Assembly (NCBI RefSeq): GCF_009914755.1
Contig: NC_060928.1
Reading direction: 5' to 3' (one strand)
Length of the DNA stretch: 64,000 bases
From: the human T2T-CHM13v2.0 reference genome, Homo sapiens
The first letter of the stretch is position 1. Every line of letters starts with the position of its first letter. The position numbers and the translations under genes were made by a program. The notes under the pieces are model-generated. The model worked only from the letters and a program-made list of their open reading frames with translations, made no database searches and was not told where the DNA came from. Shown piece after piece: positions 16,320-30,090 of the stretch.

Positions 16320-17460
16320 ATTTCATTTAACATTTATTCATTGTCTCCATATGGTAGACATTTTATTAGGTACTTAGGATGAAGATGTACAAGACACAGA
16401 AAGAAGACTAGAAAGGTAAGCTGAGGTGTGCTTATGAAAAGCCTTTCTGTCATGCTATGGAAAGGCAAACCCTCAAAGGAGCAAGATCAGAGAACAAGGG
16501 TGTCCATCAGAGTGACTGATGGAGTGAGGCGGTGGTGAGGAGCCTGAAGTTAGTTAGGGACTCATTTGAATAAACCATGAGGGATGATGGGGTCCTGAAC
16601 TCAGCTAGTGATAGAGGACAGGAAGAGGAGGAAGCAATTCTAGAAATAAATATATCATACCTTGAAGAAGATGTAGGTATTTGGAGAGCGCCAGAAGGCA
16701 AGGATAATGTTATATTCTCAGCTACTGCATTGTTAACTTGGTACAAACACTGAGTGGCATAGTATCAAGATGGGCAGGGAAGCAGAGAGAAAGATAAATT
16801 CATTTTGGTACATGTTAGGTTTGGCATATCTATGAAACATTCAAACTGAAAAGTATAGTAGTCTAGATCATGGTTCCTAAACCTCAACCCTTTTAATTTT
16901 GGGGACTGGGTAATTCTTTGCGGTACAGTTGTTCTTTGCATAGCAGGATACTTGGCAACATCCCTGGACTCTACCTGCTAGAGACCATTAGAACCCCATC
17001 CCAACCTTAACAAAATAAGTGCCTTCAGACAATGCCAAATGTCCCCTAAGGGGAAAAGTCACCCCCAGTTGAGAACCACAGGTCTAGGGCTTGGAAAAGA
17101 AGGCCTGGTAGGATTTCTTGTGCTTCACCAACTAGGCAATCGCTGAAGCACTGGAAACAGATGGCATCACCAGGGAGAGACTGCAGCATAAAAAAAAGAG
17201 GACAGTGACATTCAAGAGGAAAAGCTGTCATCCAATGATATAGAGTGAACAAAGCGGTAGGAGAAAACCCAAGGAAGTTAGCATCAGAGCAGCCAAGAGG
17301 AAAATAAAATTTTAAAAAATGGGGAGGTCAATAGGAGAAATGCAGTGAAGGACTCAGAAGTACTCATAGGAGAGAAGTCATTGGTCTGGGAAGTTTAGGA
17401 GTGACCGGGAGCAGAAACCAAGTTGTGATGAGGAGTGGCCAGGAAGTGGGGAAATGACCA
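16320..17460 (-). mobile_element. Degraded L2 fragments, interrupted by MER20
   Basis: Purine-rich L2 antisense pattern (catttattcattgtc...ttttggtacatgttaggtttg...cagagcagccaagaggaa). Confidence 0.5.
16868..17082. mobile_element. MER20 hAT element
   Basis: ...ggcaacatccctggactctacc...cagacaatgccaaatgtcccct...cccccagttgagaaccac. Confidence 0.8.
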
Positions 17461-17470
17461 TTCTGGGTAC

Positions 17471-18108
17471 TGTAGGGGCGGAGGGAAAAGTTCTCCTTAG
17501 CCCTCTGAAGGTTCACTGGAAAATCAACTAAGTCACAAAAGGCAGATTAATTGGAGAGAAGACAGACAAATTTTATTTAACATGTACACATGGGAGCCTT
17601 TGGAATGAAGACATAAAGATCCAGGGATAATTGTCCATTTTTATGCTTCCGTTCAACAAAGTCTGGACAGCCATGTAGAAATATGATTGGACAAAAAGAA
17701 TCTGACCTAATGTTAACAGACTAAGTGGAGAGGCCCAGCAAGACTGTGGGTCTAGATTCTTCCTGGCCTCTCTGAGCATTCATTCCTTCCTTCATCTGGG
17801 TGTCAGGCAGGACCCTCTCTGGAATGGGGGTCTTATGACCTATGATCACACAAGGTAGGTTAGATAAATTTTTTATGGTCACTTTTTACACAAAATGGAG
17901 GATGGAAATTTAGAATAATATTTTTCAGTTTTGTGGCTGGTTTTGGACTAAGGGGGTTTCTATGACTCGCCTCGGGGGAAGAGGGATTGTCTTTTCCATG
18001 GCTGGTCTTGGGGAAGAATGGACTGAGAGACAGGAGGGCAGGAGAAGGTCAGAGAAAACTTTTGCTTCTGAGGCCTTCATTTTGGGGTATTGTTTTCTAA
18101 GTCCCAAT
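17471..18108 (-). mobile_element. ERV1-class solo LTR (MER34/MER39-like)
   Basis: Minus strand begins ttgggacttagaaaacaataccccaaaatgaaggcctcagaagc and ends ...cccctaca; about 640 bp. Confidence 0.7.
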
Positions 18109-20696
18109 GGTATCTACTACTCTTTTCCAAAATTTTAAGGTGACAGAAGTTAGTAGCACCATTAACGGGCAGTGGGTTTGAGTGCAGCATGCTGTAATTC
18201 TTCTTAGAATATGGTGCAATTTTTGGCACAGTTTTCTAATTCTTGCCATATAAAGGCACATTTTATGTAGGCCCTTATTTCCTAATTGAGAATGGCGACA
18301 GCTACAGGCATCTACTTCCAGAGACAGGTTTAACTAAACCATCACTGAATACCACAGAATTATTTTAAGGGTTTGGCTTTAAGCTCTATGTAAATTTTAT
18401 CTAATTTCTAGAATGATCTCACATTTAACCCCCTACAAGGCAATACTTCTTCCTGAAAAACGCTTTTAATTCCTGCCGTAAAACCTCCTCTCTGGCTTTC
18501 AGATTGTGTAATGAGCATAGGATATATCGCGGCCGTGCAGCACAGAAGCCGCTCATTTCAGCATGCTGCCTCGCTACTCTGCGAAGGGAGGGTAGATAAG
18601 ATTTTAAGCATATCTTTTATCATCTGGAGAGATGTGATAGAAGGCAGGCCAGTTGCCTTGCAGGCAGAGTGAACACAGGGGTGACGAATGAATAAGAATG
18701 AAAAACGAACACTTGTCAGCTGGGAATTAGATGTAAAACAGAATGGTTCAGAATAATGTGGCCATTCCTGTCAGAAAAAAAAGACGAAGTTCTGCCCTTG
18801 GAAGACCTTTAGGATTCTACATTCTGCTTTCTTTCCATTAGTTATAAGACTGCTACTAAAATTAAGTATGAAGTCCTTTCATTAATAACCTAGATTACTT
18901 TTGCAAAGTCAACTTGGCATGCATCTAATTTAGTCATTGATTCTGCCAATTAAAAGCTATCGTCATATGTATGCTTTCAGAGAGATGTTTACTTAAGAAC
19001 ATGAATATTGGCTTAATAAATCCATACACTGAAATCCAATTAGCAGATGTAGAATCAGACCTGAAACAATATAGATTTCTATTTTCCATTTATACATAAC
19101 CAAAGAAAGTCCCTTTGGACACACACATGTGCATACAAAGTCTCATTTTTTGGGTGGTAGAATTTTGATGCTTTCAGTGATTTTTTTTTTGCACAATATA
19201 CTGTGGCTACAAATTAGCTGTGATGCAGAATACATGATTCATGGCATTCTGCAAACATTAGCTCTGCTTTTTGACAAAAAAATGCAGTTAGCAGAAAAGA
19301 AGACTCACTGGGAGACAGATTTTCTGGCCTTCAGTTTCCATATTTACGAAATGAAAATGAATTACTAGATAATTCTGAAGGATGATTTTGCTGTAAGGAC
19401 CTATTACTGAACAGACTGAGATTTTAAATACACATTTTAGGGGGGAAAAGCTTATCCTTTGTGGAGTAAGGTACTTCTTGGTTGCCATTATGTGTCCAAG
19501 AGAAATAATAGAAGAAATTATTTCAAAAGTCAAGGAGTTGACGCATCTTTGAAGACAACAGCTTATAATATTCTCCTCAGAACGACTTTCACAGAACTTT
19601 TTGGACACTTGGATCTACAGGTGTGAGTAAGAGTTAGAAACTAGGGAGAGAAGTGGGTTACAGAAATTTGGTATTTAAAAAAATTAGCAAATTCTTTGTA
19701 TAAATCCTGGAGAGTAATATAATGTAATCCACAAAAGCAGATGAAAATTCAGGCCCTGATGATTGTAAATGCACTAAGAATTATTTTGACAAAACTAATT
19801 GTCTGTCTCCATGGGACAGAGAGGATAGGGGAGGAAAATGCCTATCCAAAACAGTGTGGAAGAAAGCCTGTCATGCCAATGTGCGTATTTACAAAAGGGG
19901 CAGAACATCCTGCCTCTTCCCAGTGCCATCTCTTGAGCAACTTTGCCTGTCACTGTCTGAAAAGGGTGAGTGTGACCTATAATAGGAAAGTGGAGGCTCT
20001 ATTGTCATGGGTCATACTAACATCTCTCCACCTTTGAGCCCTGCTGATTTTAGAAGACTAGGAGAAAATATCAGCAAAAGCATCTCCCTGTGTTAGCTAA
20101 GCAGGCAGGTTGTGGATACTATTGCCTTGAAGAAGATAAGCATGTTTTATTCTAATTTAAAAATGATTTACATTTATTAAATATTTATTATCTCACCAAA
20201 GGTACTTCATTATGCAGAAAGATTTATTTATTAGAATAAAATATTTTTTTCTATCCATCGTTAAGCACATAATAACTTTTTTTAAGAAAACAAAATATTG
20301 GTGATGTGATAGACTGATATTATGAAGCAAGTAATTCTTCAATGGGTATACTTCAATAGACTATTCTAGTGGAAATCTAAATCCTTAAATTCCACAGAAT
20401 GATAAGACATAAATGATATGTTACATTATTACTGTTGTTCTTTTTTTAGACTTCATCAGGTTTTGTGAATATTAAAATAGATATTGAATCTGAAAAGTTT
20501 GGAAAATTATAAAGCACAACGTATGTAATAAATTATTATAATTACATTTATTATTACTCAGAGAGTTCTGAAATGAAAGGTGATTACTCATCTGCATAAA
20601 TTTTGTACACATAATTCTCACACACACTTTGGCCATAAGGTCCATAAACTATAGTATCTAATATTCCTTATTGTTCTTATGGAATTTCAGGTTTAT

Positions 20697-20942
20697 TGCT
20701 GTTTTTCAAACTGAGTGTTATGACCCTTGAGAGGGTTACAACATCTATTCAGTGGATTAAAACCCAGCATTAAAAAGTGTGAAACTGAATGAACAGAAGT
20801 TATCAAGATATACATAGTCTTATAGATGTGTTTGTGTATATACACTCATATGTTTCTGTGTGTAAGGATGCGGGTATGTGTCTAGTGGATCATGATATCA
20901 ACCTATTTTTTATTGTAAGTCAAAAAGGTCTGAAAACCACTG
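20697..20942. mobile_element. Old hAT-Charlie-like MER element
   Basis: TIR-like ends ctgtttttcaaact... and ...tctgaaaaccactg. Confidence 0.4.
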
Positions 20943-20954
20943 GGTAGGCTAACA

Positions 20955-21170
20955 CTGTGGCTGAGAACAAGGTTTTGGCATACAAAACCCTGGGTTTAGG
21001 TCCTGACCCTACCACTTGACTATCCATTTGACCTTAAGCACATTGCTTAACCTCTTCCTGCCTTAGTTTCATCAGCTTATAAATGGGTATAATTTCACAG
21101 GGTTATATAGGAAAGGTCACCTATAAAATTCTAAGCACATGCCTAGCATATAGTAAGTGCCCAAAAGATA
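20955..21170 (+). mobile_element. MIR
   Basis: ctgggtttaggtcctgaccctaccactt...tgaccttaagcac...ttagtttcatcagcttataaatggg...cctagcatatagtaagtgc. Confidence 0.7.
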
Positions 21171-23063
21171 ATAATCCCCCACTCTACTTTTTCCCCGAAG
21201 TATTAATAAATTTTATTAGGCTATACATCTACTGTTATCACTACTAATCAAAATAAACATAACCAAGTGAGACAAAGCAATTGGGAGGGCTAATAATTGA
21301 AGGTGATGTTTCATAAAGAGATATGCAGGTATTACCCTGCTGTGCTTGATTAAACTGCAGATTCCACACTCAGGTTGGGCCCTGGGAATCTACAGTTTTA
21401 ACAAACTCCACAGGTGTGTTTTCTGCATAACACTAAAATCTGAGAAGCACTGGTTGATGAATTGATTCGTTGATTATGGAACACCAAGTTACGCATGGCA
21501 CTGTGGGCACTGTAGGAGGCTGTGGGGAGCCATGCAGATCTGCTTCTGCACGGTGGCTCTAAATGCCTGCTTTACTGGGTCCGTGTTGGTGTGTCCACAG
21601 AGTCCCAGAGCTCACTTTTGTACCAGCTGATGGCTGACATTGTCTAGCACAGGACTTGAGTTTCATATGTCTCCAGGGGCCATTCAGGTAACAAATGGGA
21701 GAAAGCTAGGCATAAGATTTTTTTTCTTGAAACATGACACCTACCTGGGTTGTCTTTTGTTTCTAACTTTTAATGGAGATGTGGGTACAAAACCAATCAA
21801 TCAGCTTCCTCTTTACTCTCGTTACTTAGCTCCGGCTGCATGGTGCCAATAGGAATGCAGGCTCAATGGGCCACAGACCCCAAATCTGATGACTAACAGA
21901 AGTTGGTAATATGGAGTTTTATGAGATTTTTTTTTCTAACTGTATATGTTGTCAGCTACTTAAAACTTTATCAAAATACTTGTGTGGGCCAACATTTTGA
22001 GGACTAAACCAAAAAAGTGGGATGCCATATTGCACCTGTGGACTGCTACTTTGAGACCAATGGTCCAGATAGTTCAATGCTGAAAGTGTCAAGTTACCTT
22101 AATGTTTCTTGTGGCCTCTCTCTCACCTCAAGAGAAAATCCCCAGAGCCTTTTGCTTCTGACTGTCAGACACTTAACCAAGAAAGCCAACAAGAGATGTT
22201 GGTGAGTAAAGCTGTTTTTGTTAGTAGGATTGCATACATAACATTTCATAAATTCATATTTTATAATTATTCACTTATACTCCTTTACCTACTTTCAGAA
22301 GGAATGTTAGGCCATAAATGTGGGCACTTCAGAAGATTAGCTGACATTTTTAATAAATGTAAACCAATAGCACCTGAGTTAGGAAAAGAAAAAGCTTCTT
22401 GATGGCTGAAAAGACACTTTGCAGTCATTTCTGTAATTCTTGATGATTACTTAGAATAAAAATGTCTCTACATTCTTTTCGGAACCAATGTTGTCATTTC
22501 TACAATTGCTTTGAAGAAAAACCTGAAGCTCTTTCAGGTATAGCAGGAAACAGTTAAGAGTGGTTATGATCTGAATTATTGTTCTTTAGAGTAGGAATGG
22601 CAAATATTTGGAACCACTACATTCCCTTCCAGCTCGTGTGTCTATACCTAACTGACCACGATATTCTTTTCTCCAGAGTCTGGATTTAGCTTCAGGATCT
22701 GCTCCAACACAGGACTCTGGGAGGCCACAGCGGAGCAGGGATTAACAGGCAAGATGCAATGAATCTGCATCCTCAGCCTAGAGTTCACTGCACAGAAACT
22801 CCTGATATGCAATGTGCCTGCACAGTTATGGCCATGTTTTTATCCGATATCATGTCACTGCTTAGTTTTACTTCAAAAAACAAACTTAATCCCAGCCTTG
22901 AATGCTACATATTAAAATTTAAAAAATACTTTGAGATCAAATAAATCTTGGTGCTTGGTGCTGGGTATATAGCAGTGCCTTAGTAAATGCTGAGTTAAAT
23001 TCAGTTCCCAAAATAATCTGGCAATTCCCTTTACTGAAGGCCTGGAAACAATTTCCCTTATGA

Positions 23064-23436
<373 letters not shown>

Positions 23437-23559
23437 CACTTTACAGATTATATAACTAGAACTGTGAGAGGCTAACTCACTCATTCAAGCTCACCAGCTA
23501 TTTAGAAGTGGATTACTCCATGATGTGAATTTGCTGGAAAATGGATGCCGCGTAGCAGC

Positions 23560-24030
23560 TGTATTTGTTTCCAGTGGAAATTTCCACAAACTTCCTGGCT
23601 TAAAACAACAGAAATATATTCACTTGTAGTTCTAAAGGCCAAATAATTGAAATCAGTTTCACTGAGCCATAATCAAAGGGACAGCAGGATTATGCGCTCC
23701 CTCTGGAGTTTCTTAGGGAGAGACCATGACTTGCCTCTCCCAGATTCCAGTGGCTGATGGCATTCCTTGGCTTGTGGCTACATCCCTCTAATCTCTACCT
23801 CTGTGGTTACACTGCATTCTCTTCTTCAATCTGTGTCAATCTCCCTTTGTCTTTCTCTTACAAGGCATTTGTGATGACCTTTAAAGCCCACCTGGGCAAT
23901 GTCAGAAAATCTCTCCATCTCAAGATTCTTAACCAAATCTGCAAAGATCCTTTTTCCACATAAGGTTAATATTTACAAATTCCAGAGATTAGGACCTGAT
24001 GCCTTTGGGGGTCATTATCTATCCTGCTGT
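23560..24030 (-). mobile_element. MLT1 (ERVL-MaLR) LTR
   Basis: ggcttaaaacaacagaaat...cattccttggcttgtggc...ctcaagattcttaac...ctgcaaagatcctttt. Confidence 0.75.
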
Positions 24031-24034
24031 GGTG

Positions 24035-24240
24035 GTTACAAGCATGGAGCCTGGATCTGCTCTGCCATAGTTTAATCCTAGTTCTGTACTTACTGAGGTT
24101 GCTATGTTTTCATTTCTTCATCCATAAAATGAAGATAATTCTATTACATATTGTATAGGATTACTGTGATGATTTTAAAAGGTAATATAAATAGCACACT
24201 TAGGACAGTGCAGTTACATAAAGAGTCCTCTGTCAATGTA
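24035..24240 (+). mobile_element. MIR fragment
   Basis: catttcttcatccataaaatgaagataat...agcacacttaggacagtgc. Confidence 0.55.
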
Positions 24241-25077
24241 CTCATTTACATACCCACTTCCTCCAGCCCCTAAATCAGCATTGCTGTCAAGTGTTCACAG
24301 AGTTGATGGTTGTACTGATATTTATTTCTTTAAATTTTACTAAGAAGCCAAACTCCAAATATCAGAAATAAGCTTCTTGCTTCCCAAATTGAACTGGTCT
24401 TGACAAAAAGGCCCTCGATCTGTGGAAATTCTGTACTTAGAAGAGCTTCATGTTGTTATCTGCTGCTGGCCAGCTTACTCACTTTCTGACCTAGGCCTGA
24501 CCCTGCATTAAGCAAATACAGCTGCTGTACTATGATTCACATTTTCATATTTTCAGGTGCTTTTCAGTTAATTCTTTTTACACACTCACTGAACAATGGT
24601 GTTGAACACATTCTAATATTTTTTTAAAAAAAGCTGTTTTAATATATTTTCAAAGTGCTCCTCTAGCAAATGATTTCATGGTCACTCAAAGTAATAATAC
24701 TGTGTTCTTAAAGGGAAAAAAATGTATCTTTCTTCCAATAATGATGGAAAGTGCTAATTATGTTGTCATAGCAGACTAGAATTTATGCTTAAATCACCAA
24801 ATCTGGCTGTTAACAGGAAATAACTGCTGTGAACCAAACAGTGAAGCATATTTTGGAAGAACTAGATTGGCCTTCAGAGCTTTGGGCATTTATTAAAAGT
24901 GAAAAATGCCTGACTTAATGCCATAGAGCCCTGAAATGTTAGCTATGGTTTTCTTTTCCAGGAATAGAGTATCTGATTTTTGCTGGAATTTTTAAAAATA
25001 AAGAAAAATATTATTATGCTAAGCAACTCTTATTGTGGTTTGTAAATATAAAGGTTATAGAATATTTTAAAAATTGA

Positions 25078-25388
25078 AGCTCGGTGCAGTGGCTCATACC
25101 TATAATCCCAGAACTTTGAGAGGCCAAGATTGGGGATCGCTTGAGGCCAGGGAGTTTGGAATCAACCTGAGCAACAAAGTGAGAACCCCCATCTCTACAA
25201 AAAATAGAAAAACTAGCAGAGTATGGTAGTAGGTATCTGTAGTCCCAGATACTAGGGAGGCTGAGGTGGGAGGATCGCTTGAGCCCAAGAAAGTTAAGGG
25301 TGCAGTGAACTATGCTCATGCCACTGCAGTCCAGTTTGGATGACAAGCAAGACCCTGTCTCTGAAAAAACAAATTAAAGAAATAAAAA
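25078..25388 (+). mobile_element. AluJ-like
   Basis: ggaggatcgcttgagccca...gaccctgtctct; diverged. Confidence 0.85.
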
Positions 25389-25559
25389 GTTTGGTGGTGT
25401 TTTTTTTTTTTTAACTTATCTTTCCTTCTCAAATATTGTAAACAATAAAACAAACAAAAATCAACTATATGCAGTTCCCTCTATAGTTTGAAAAGTCAAG
25501 AATGGTTGTATGTTTTTTGCAACTGTGTGCAATGAACTGGACTGCAAAGAGAAAAGTTT

Positions 25560-25765
25560 GTTTAAAATTCAGATTCAGTGTTTCCTAAACAGGTGACATG
25601 GGCAAGTTAGCTAATATTTCCATGATTCTGTTTTGTTATTTACAAAATGAAGATAACAGAACTTACTTCATAGGATGTCGTATGAAGATTATGATAGTTA
25701 ACATGAACAAGGGTCTTATAACAGAGTTAGGCATACAGTAAGCATATAATAAATGTTGGCTACTA
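25560..25765 (+). mobile_element. MIR fragment
   Basis: gtgacatgggcaagtta...tacaaaatgaagataacag...ggcatacagtaagc...aataaatgttggcta. Confidence 0.6.
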
Positions 25766-27240
25766 GGACAGAGACTAAAGAAGAAAGAATAAGGACAATC
25801 GACTTTGATTTTTTTCCTGTTGTTTTATAACCGCATTTTGCTTTTGTAAGGGGTAAAGTTTTCGTTCTCTCTTAGGAATTTACCACAAACACTTTCATAA
25901 TATCATAACTCATAACCAGGAAGAGCGGTTAGAATGATCTGCAGCAAGTCAGCAGAAAGGTAAGCTTGGTAATTTCTTCAGTCGTGCCAAGCCCTGGCTA
26001 TCACTTACTGCACTGAGATCATTTAAATGAGAGAAATTCCAGGGAACAAAGACTCTTTAGAAGGGAGGACAATTTCAGCCATTCTTCGTTATTTCTTGAC
26101 TTTTGGGCATTTATAGGACAAACACATTTGTATTCAGATAGTCTTGTTAAAGAGTTTTTTAAAAAAATAAATATTTCAGCTAGCACTCCAAATGACATCC
26201 ACTACAGAAAAGAGGAAGAAAAAAAATCCATACAAGCCACTCTTTTATATTCAAAATGCATCTTTAGTTTCAGAAAAAAAATGATTATATGTCATCACAG
26301 TATTTTTTAAGGTATGTCTTAGGGATAAATAATAAGAAATATGCCAACTTTATGGATGAGGAAACTGACATACCAAAAAGCTAAGGCTCTTTTCTCAGAG
26401 TACAAAAAAAAGAATGCAATGATTGCAGACAAGCTGTTTTCTTGCAAATAAGCATTTTAGCCATAAACTTCACTTTTCATACAGCATAAAACATACTTTA
26501 ATAACACATTTTTGTCCAGTGTGTTACCAGCCCTGCCTATAACATACGTATAGATGATTTCCCCCAAAATATGACTTATGAGACTGTGTTCTATGAATTC
26601 GTTGTCTACCTCTCAGAATAAATATGAGCTATAAATGCCTAAGAATTTGTGGGGCATCCATGAAACTTGGGAACTTCTGACCATCTACAAAAGCAAATAT
26701 GTTTGAAAAAATATAGACTGACACAATCAGGTATACATTATAATATTTAATCTTGAAATAGGAATAACCTGATAATACAACTGTCAAGATTTATATAAAA
26801 CAAGAGTATTAATTAATTTATTGTTTAAATATTTTTCCCTTATCTAAAAATGTCTAAAGTATATATTTAATCTTATCCAATTCAAAATATGGCCTCTGTT
26901 ACTTATAATTGGATTAATGTGGGCTTTAATGGTTGTTATACAAGGTATCATACTACAACTCAGAAATGTACCTTAGTAAAAATGCCATTTATTCTGGTGT
27001 ACAGGGGAGCCTGCTGAATCCTGCCAGTACATTTGGTGTTAGGCTACTAGAACTGTTTATAGTATGACCTTCATCTTTCAGGATGCTTGTTTAAAGAAAT
27101 GCATTATTTTTGTTAAATTGTATAATTAATTTTGTTTTATGCCAAGTAGAGTAGACAGGTAGAAAATAAAAAAGTAACACATAAGGCCACAAATCAGGAC
27201 TTCTGTACATGTGAACCAATATAATAATTCATGAGATTAC

Positions 27241-27272
27241 ATATATATATACACATATATATACATATATAT

Positions 27273-27325
<53 letters not shown>
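27241..27325. repeat. Compound (TA)n/(CA)n microsatellite
   Basis: Directly visible dinucleotide runs. Confidence 0.95.
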
Positions 27326-27327
<2 letters not shown>

Positions 27328-27328
<1 letters not shown>

Positions 27329-27453
27329 TTTTTTTGTTTTTTTTTGAGATGGAGTCTTGCTCTGTCACCCAGGCTGGAGTGCAGTAGTGCGATCTCAGCT
27401 CACCGCAAGCTCTGCCTCCCAGGTTCACGCCATTCTCCTGCTTCAGCCTCCCG
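27328..27453 (-). mobile_element. 5'-truncated AluY (part of right arm)
   Basis: gcaagctctgcctcccaggttcacgccattctcc; truncated at cagcctcccg; TSD gagattacatatatat. Confidence 0.88.
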
Positions 27454-27504
27454 GAGATTACATATATATTTAACTGGAGATACTTAAATACAGAAATGTC
27501 AATT

Positions 27505-28330
27505 CATTCATTCCTTTATGATATTTCTTGAGTCCCTACATTGTGACAGGAATCACCCTAGGCGTTTTGAATTAATCAGTGAAAAAACCAAACCCAAATC
27601 TTTGCCTATGTGGACCTTACTTTCTAAGGGGGTGAGGGGGTACAGAATACAAACCATTAACTAATAAATAAGTAAATGTATGATGGTTTAGAAGGTGAGA
27701 AGTGCTATGCAGAAACGTAATAAGTACAAGAGTGTAGAGGCAATTACGTCCAGCTACCTGATGTTCTTGAATTCCTTGGGGAAAAAAAGCATTTTTATTA
27801 AATGAACAAATGATTCACATTGAATAGTATCTTCGCTTTTCCCCATCATGTACTTTCAATTTAATTCAATTTTATTTCATTTTTTTATGTTTTAATTTAT
27901 TTATCAGCAGCCACAGGCAAGGGACGTCTTCTAGGCACTGGAGACAACAAGGAAGAAAAGAAAGTCTCTGTCCTTGTGAAGCTTACATTCTGGTATGGCA
28001 GATGGTTAACTCAAAAGAAAACAAATAATGATGAAGAAAAATGTTATGGAGAACAATAAAGCAGGATTAGGATTAGGCAAGTGACAGGGTTGAGGCCCGG
28101 ATAGACAGACCCCTCTATAGGAGTGACATCTCAGTATAAATCTGAATGAAAGAAGAAAGTAAGCCAGTTTTAGACTTGGGGTAAGAATGTTTCAAGTGAG
28201 AAGAAACAGTTCTTGCAAGCAGCCTATATGTGGAATGAATCTATTGCATTCTGGAAACAAGGAAATGGATGTGGTTAGAGCAGACAAAGCAATAAGAAGA
28301 GAGGCAGGAAGCCAAGGTCTGTTTATGTTT
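27505..28330 (-). mobile_element. L2 fragments
   Basis: cattcattc...ttgagtccctac...gaagcttacattct...gtaagaatgtttcaag. Confidence 0.55.
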
Positions 28331-28353
28331 CTGTATTATAAATAATAGTGAGC

Positions 28354-28673
28354 TTTTTTTTTTTTTTTTTTTTTTTTTTTGAGACAGGATCTCACTGTCA
28401 CCCAGGCTGGAGTACAGTGGTGTGATCATGGCTCACTGCAGCCTTGACCTCCTGAGCTCAAGGGATCCTCCTGCCTCAGCCTTCTGGGCTGACAGTAGTA
28501 TCCCAGCTGGGATCACAGGTGCACACCACCACACTTGGTTAATTTTTTTTGGCTTTTATTAGAGACAAGGTCTTGCTATGTTGCCCAGGCTGGTCTCAAA
28601 CCCCTATGTGCAAGTGATCCTCCCACCTTGGCCTCCCAAGGTGCTGGGATTACAACGTAAGACATTGCACCAG
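28354..28673 (-). mobile_element. AluJ-like with small internal insertion
   Basis: Long poly-T, gagacaggatctcactg..., ctgagctcaagggatcctcc. Confidence 0.85.
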
Positions 28674-28759
28674 TTATAAACATTATGCATGTAGAGAATA
28701 AGATGTTTTTGTGAATTGCCAGCTGATCTACAAATCCTTGTCTCCTCCTCCCTTCTTTG

Positions 28760-28985
28760 TACCCAGTGTACTGGTTAAACACATGGACTTGGATGCTGGC
28801 CTGACTCACTGCTCCATATACCACCTGTATAACCTCAGGCGATTTTTAATCTCCCGTTGCTCTCAATTTCCTTGTCTATAAAATGGGAATAATAATAACA
28901 CTCATCACATAGAGTCCTTGCAAAGACTGAATGATCTAATACATAATACATGATTGAAACAGCACTTCCATTATTATCAGTATTA
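28760..28985 (+). mobile_element. MIR
   Basis: ctcaatttccttgtctataaaatgggaataataata...catagag. Confidence 0.6.
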
Positions 28986-28994
28986 TTATTCTGG

Positions 28995-29293
28995 AGCCTA
29001 TCTGTCCAATGCAAACCACATGAGGCTTTCAAGCACTTGACCTGTAGCTGGTCATAACTGAAGCTATTGTAAGGGTACACACACTAGCTCTGAAAAACCA
29101 GTATGACAAAAAGAAAGAAAAGTATTTCATAAATACTTGTTGATATTGGTAATACTGTTGAAATGATAGTTTAGACATACTGGACTCAGTGAAATACATG
29201 ACCGAAATAATTTTATCTGTTTCTTTTTAAATTGTGGCTACTAGAAAAGTGTAAACAGTATTTGTGGCTGGCATATTTCTATTGGACGCTGCT
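28995..29293. mobile_element. MER3/MER33-like hAT element
   Basis: TIR-like ctgtccaat ... tttctattggac; internal tgtggctactagaaa. Confidence 0.65.
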
Positions 29294-29859
29294 GTTTTAG
29301 ACAGTGTGCTGGATACTATAGACTCACGAATATGAACAAGACTTGATCCAAATCCACAGGTGGGTCACAAATGTAGTTATTCTCTCAGTGAAAATGATGA
29401 GTGAGCTGTGAGAGGAAGCCAGGAGGGGCCACCTTGATCATCCTTAATTCTTTCTAGGAACTACCTTATTCCTCTTTGTGGCCAGCAGGCTTTGTGATGC
29501 TGGCTGTGATTTATTGGTTTGCACACACGATCGAGAGGAAATCCGGAGGAGCCATCCTGCTGTTCCCCGGAAGATGAATCTTGGGTGCATGTAAATCCCA
29601 TTATAGCTCATGACTGTAGGATAAGGGTGACCATATGGCATGTTCTTCCATCCTCAGGCATGGGCAGAAGGGGTTGGAAATTACAGTCAAATTTTATGTG
29701 AATCAGCAGAGAATTTCAACCTCTAGGATTGACAGTCTAGCCCTGGGACATGAAATGGTAAAGGAAAGACAGACTTTTCAGTTTTCAAAGTTTGCTCAGT
29801 ATTGATGTTTCAAAATAAACATATAAAGTTGTTTAAAATGGTTATATCCATTTTTATGA

Positions 29860-30090
29860 ACACCTATTATCATTCGCTGAGCATTTGCACTGTGTCTGGC
29901 ACTATGTCATATGTTTTACAAGTTTATCTCATTTAATCTTAAAATAACTCTTTTTCATGCTATGGTTGATGAAACTAAGGCTCCCAGAGGTCAAGTAACT
30001 TGACTAAGGTCACAGTAGGAAGTCATGGCACTAGGATTCGAACATGAGTCAATCTGTCCCTCAGCTTGTGCTATTAACCAGTCTCCTATG
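29860..30090 (-). mobile_element. MIR
   Basis: gatgaaactaaggctcccagaggtcaagtaacttgactaaggtcacag...ggattcgaac. Confidence 0.7.
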
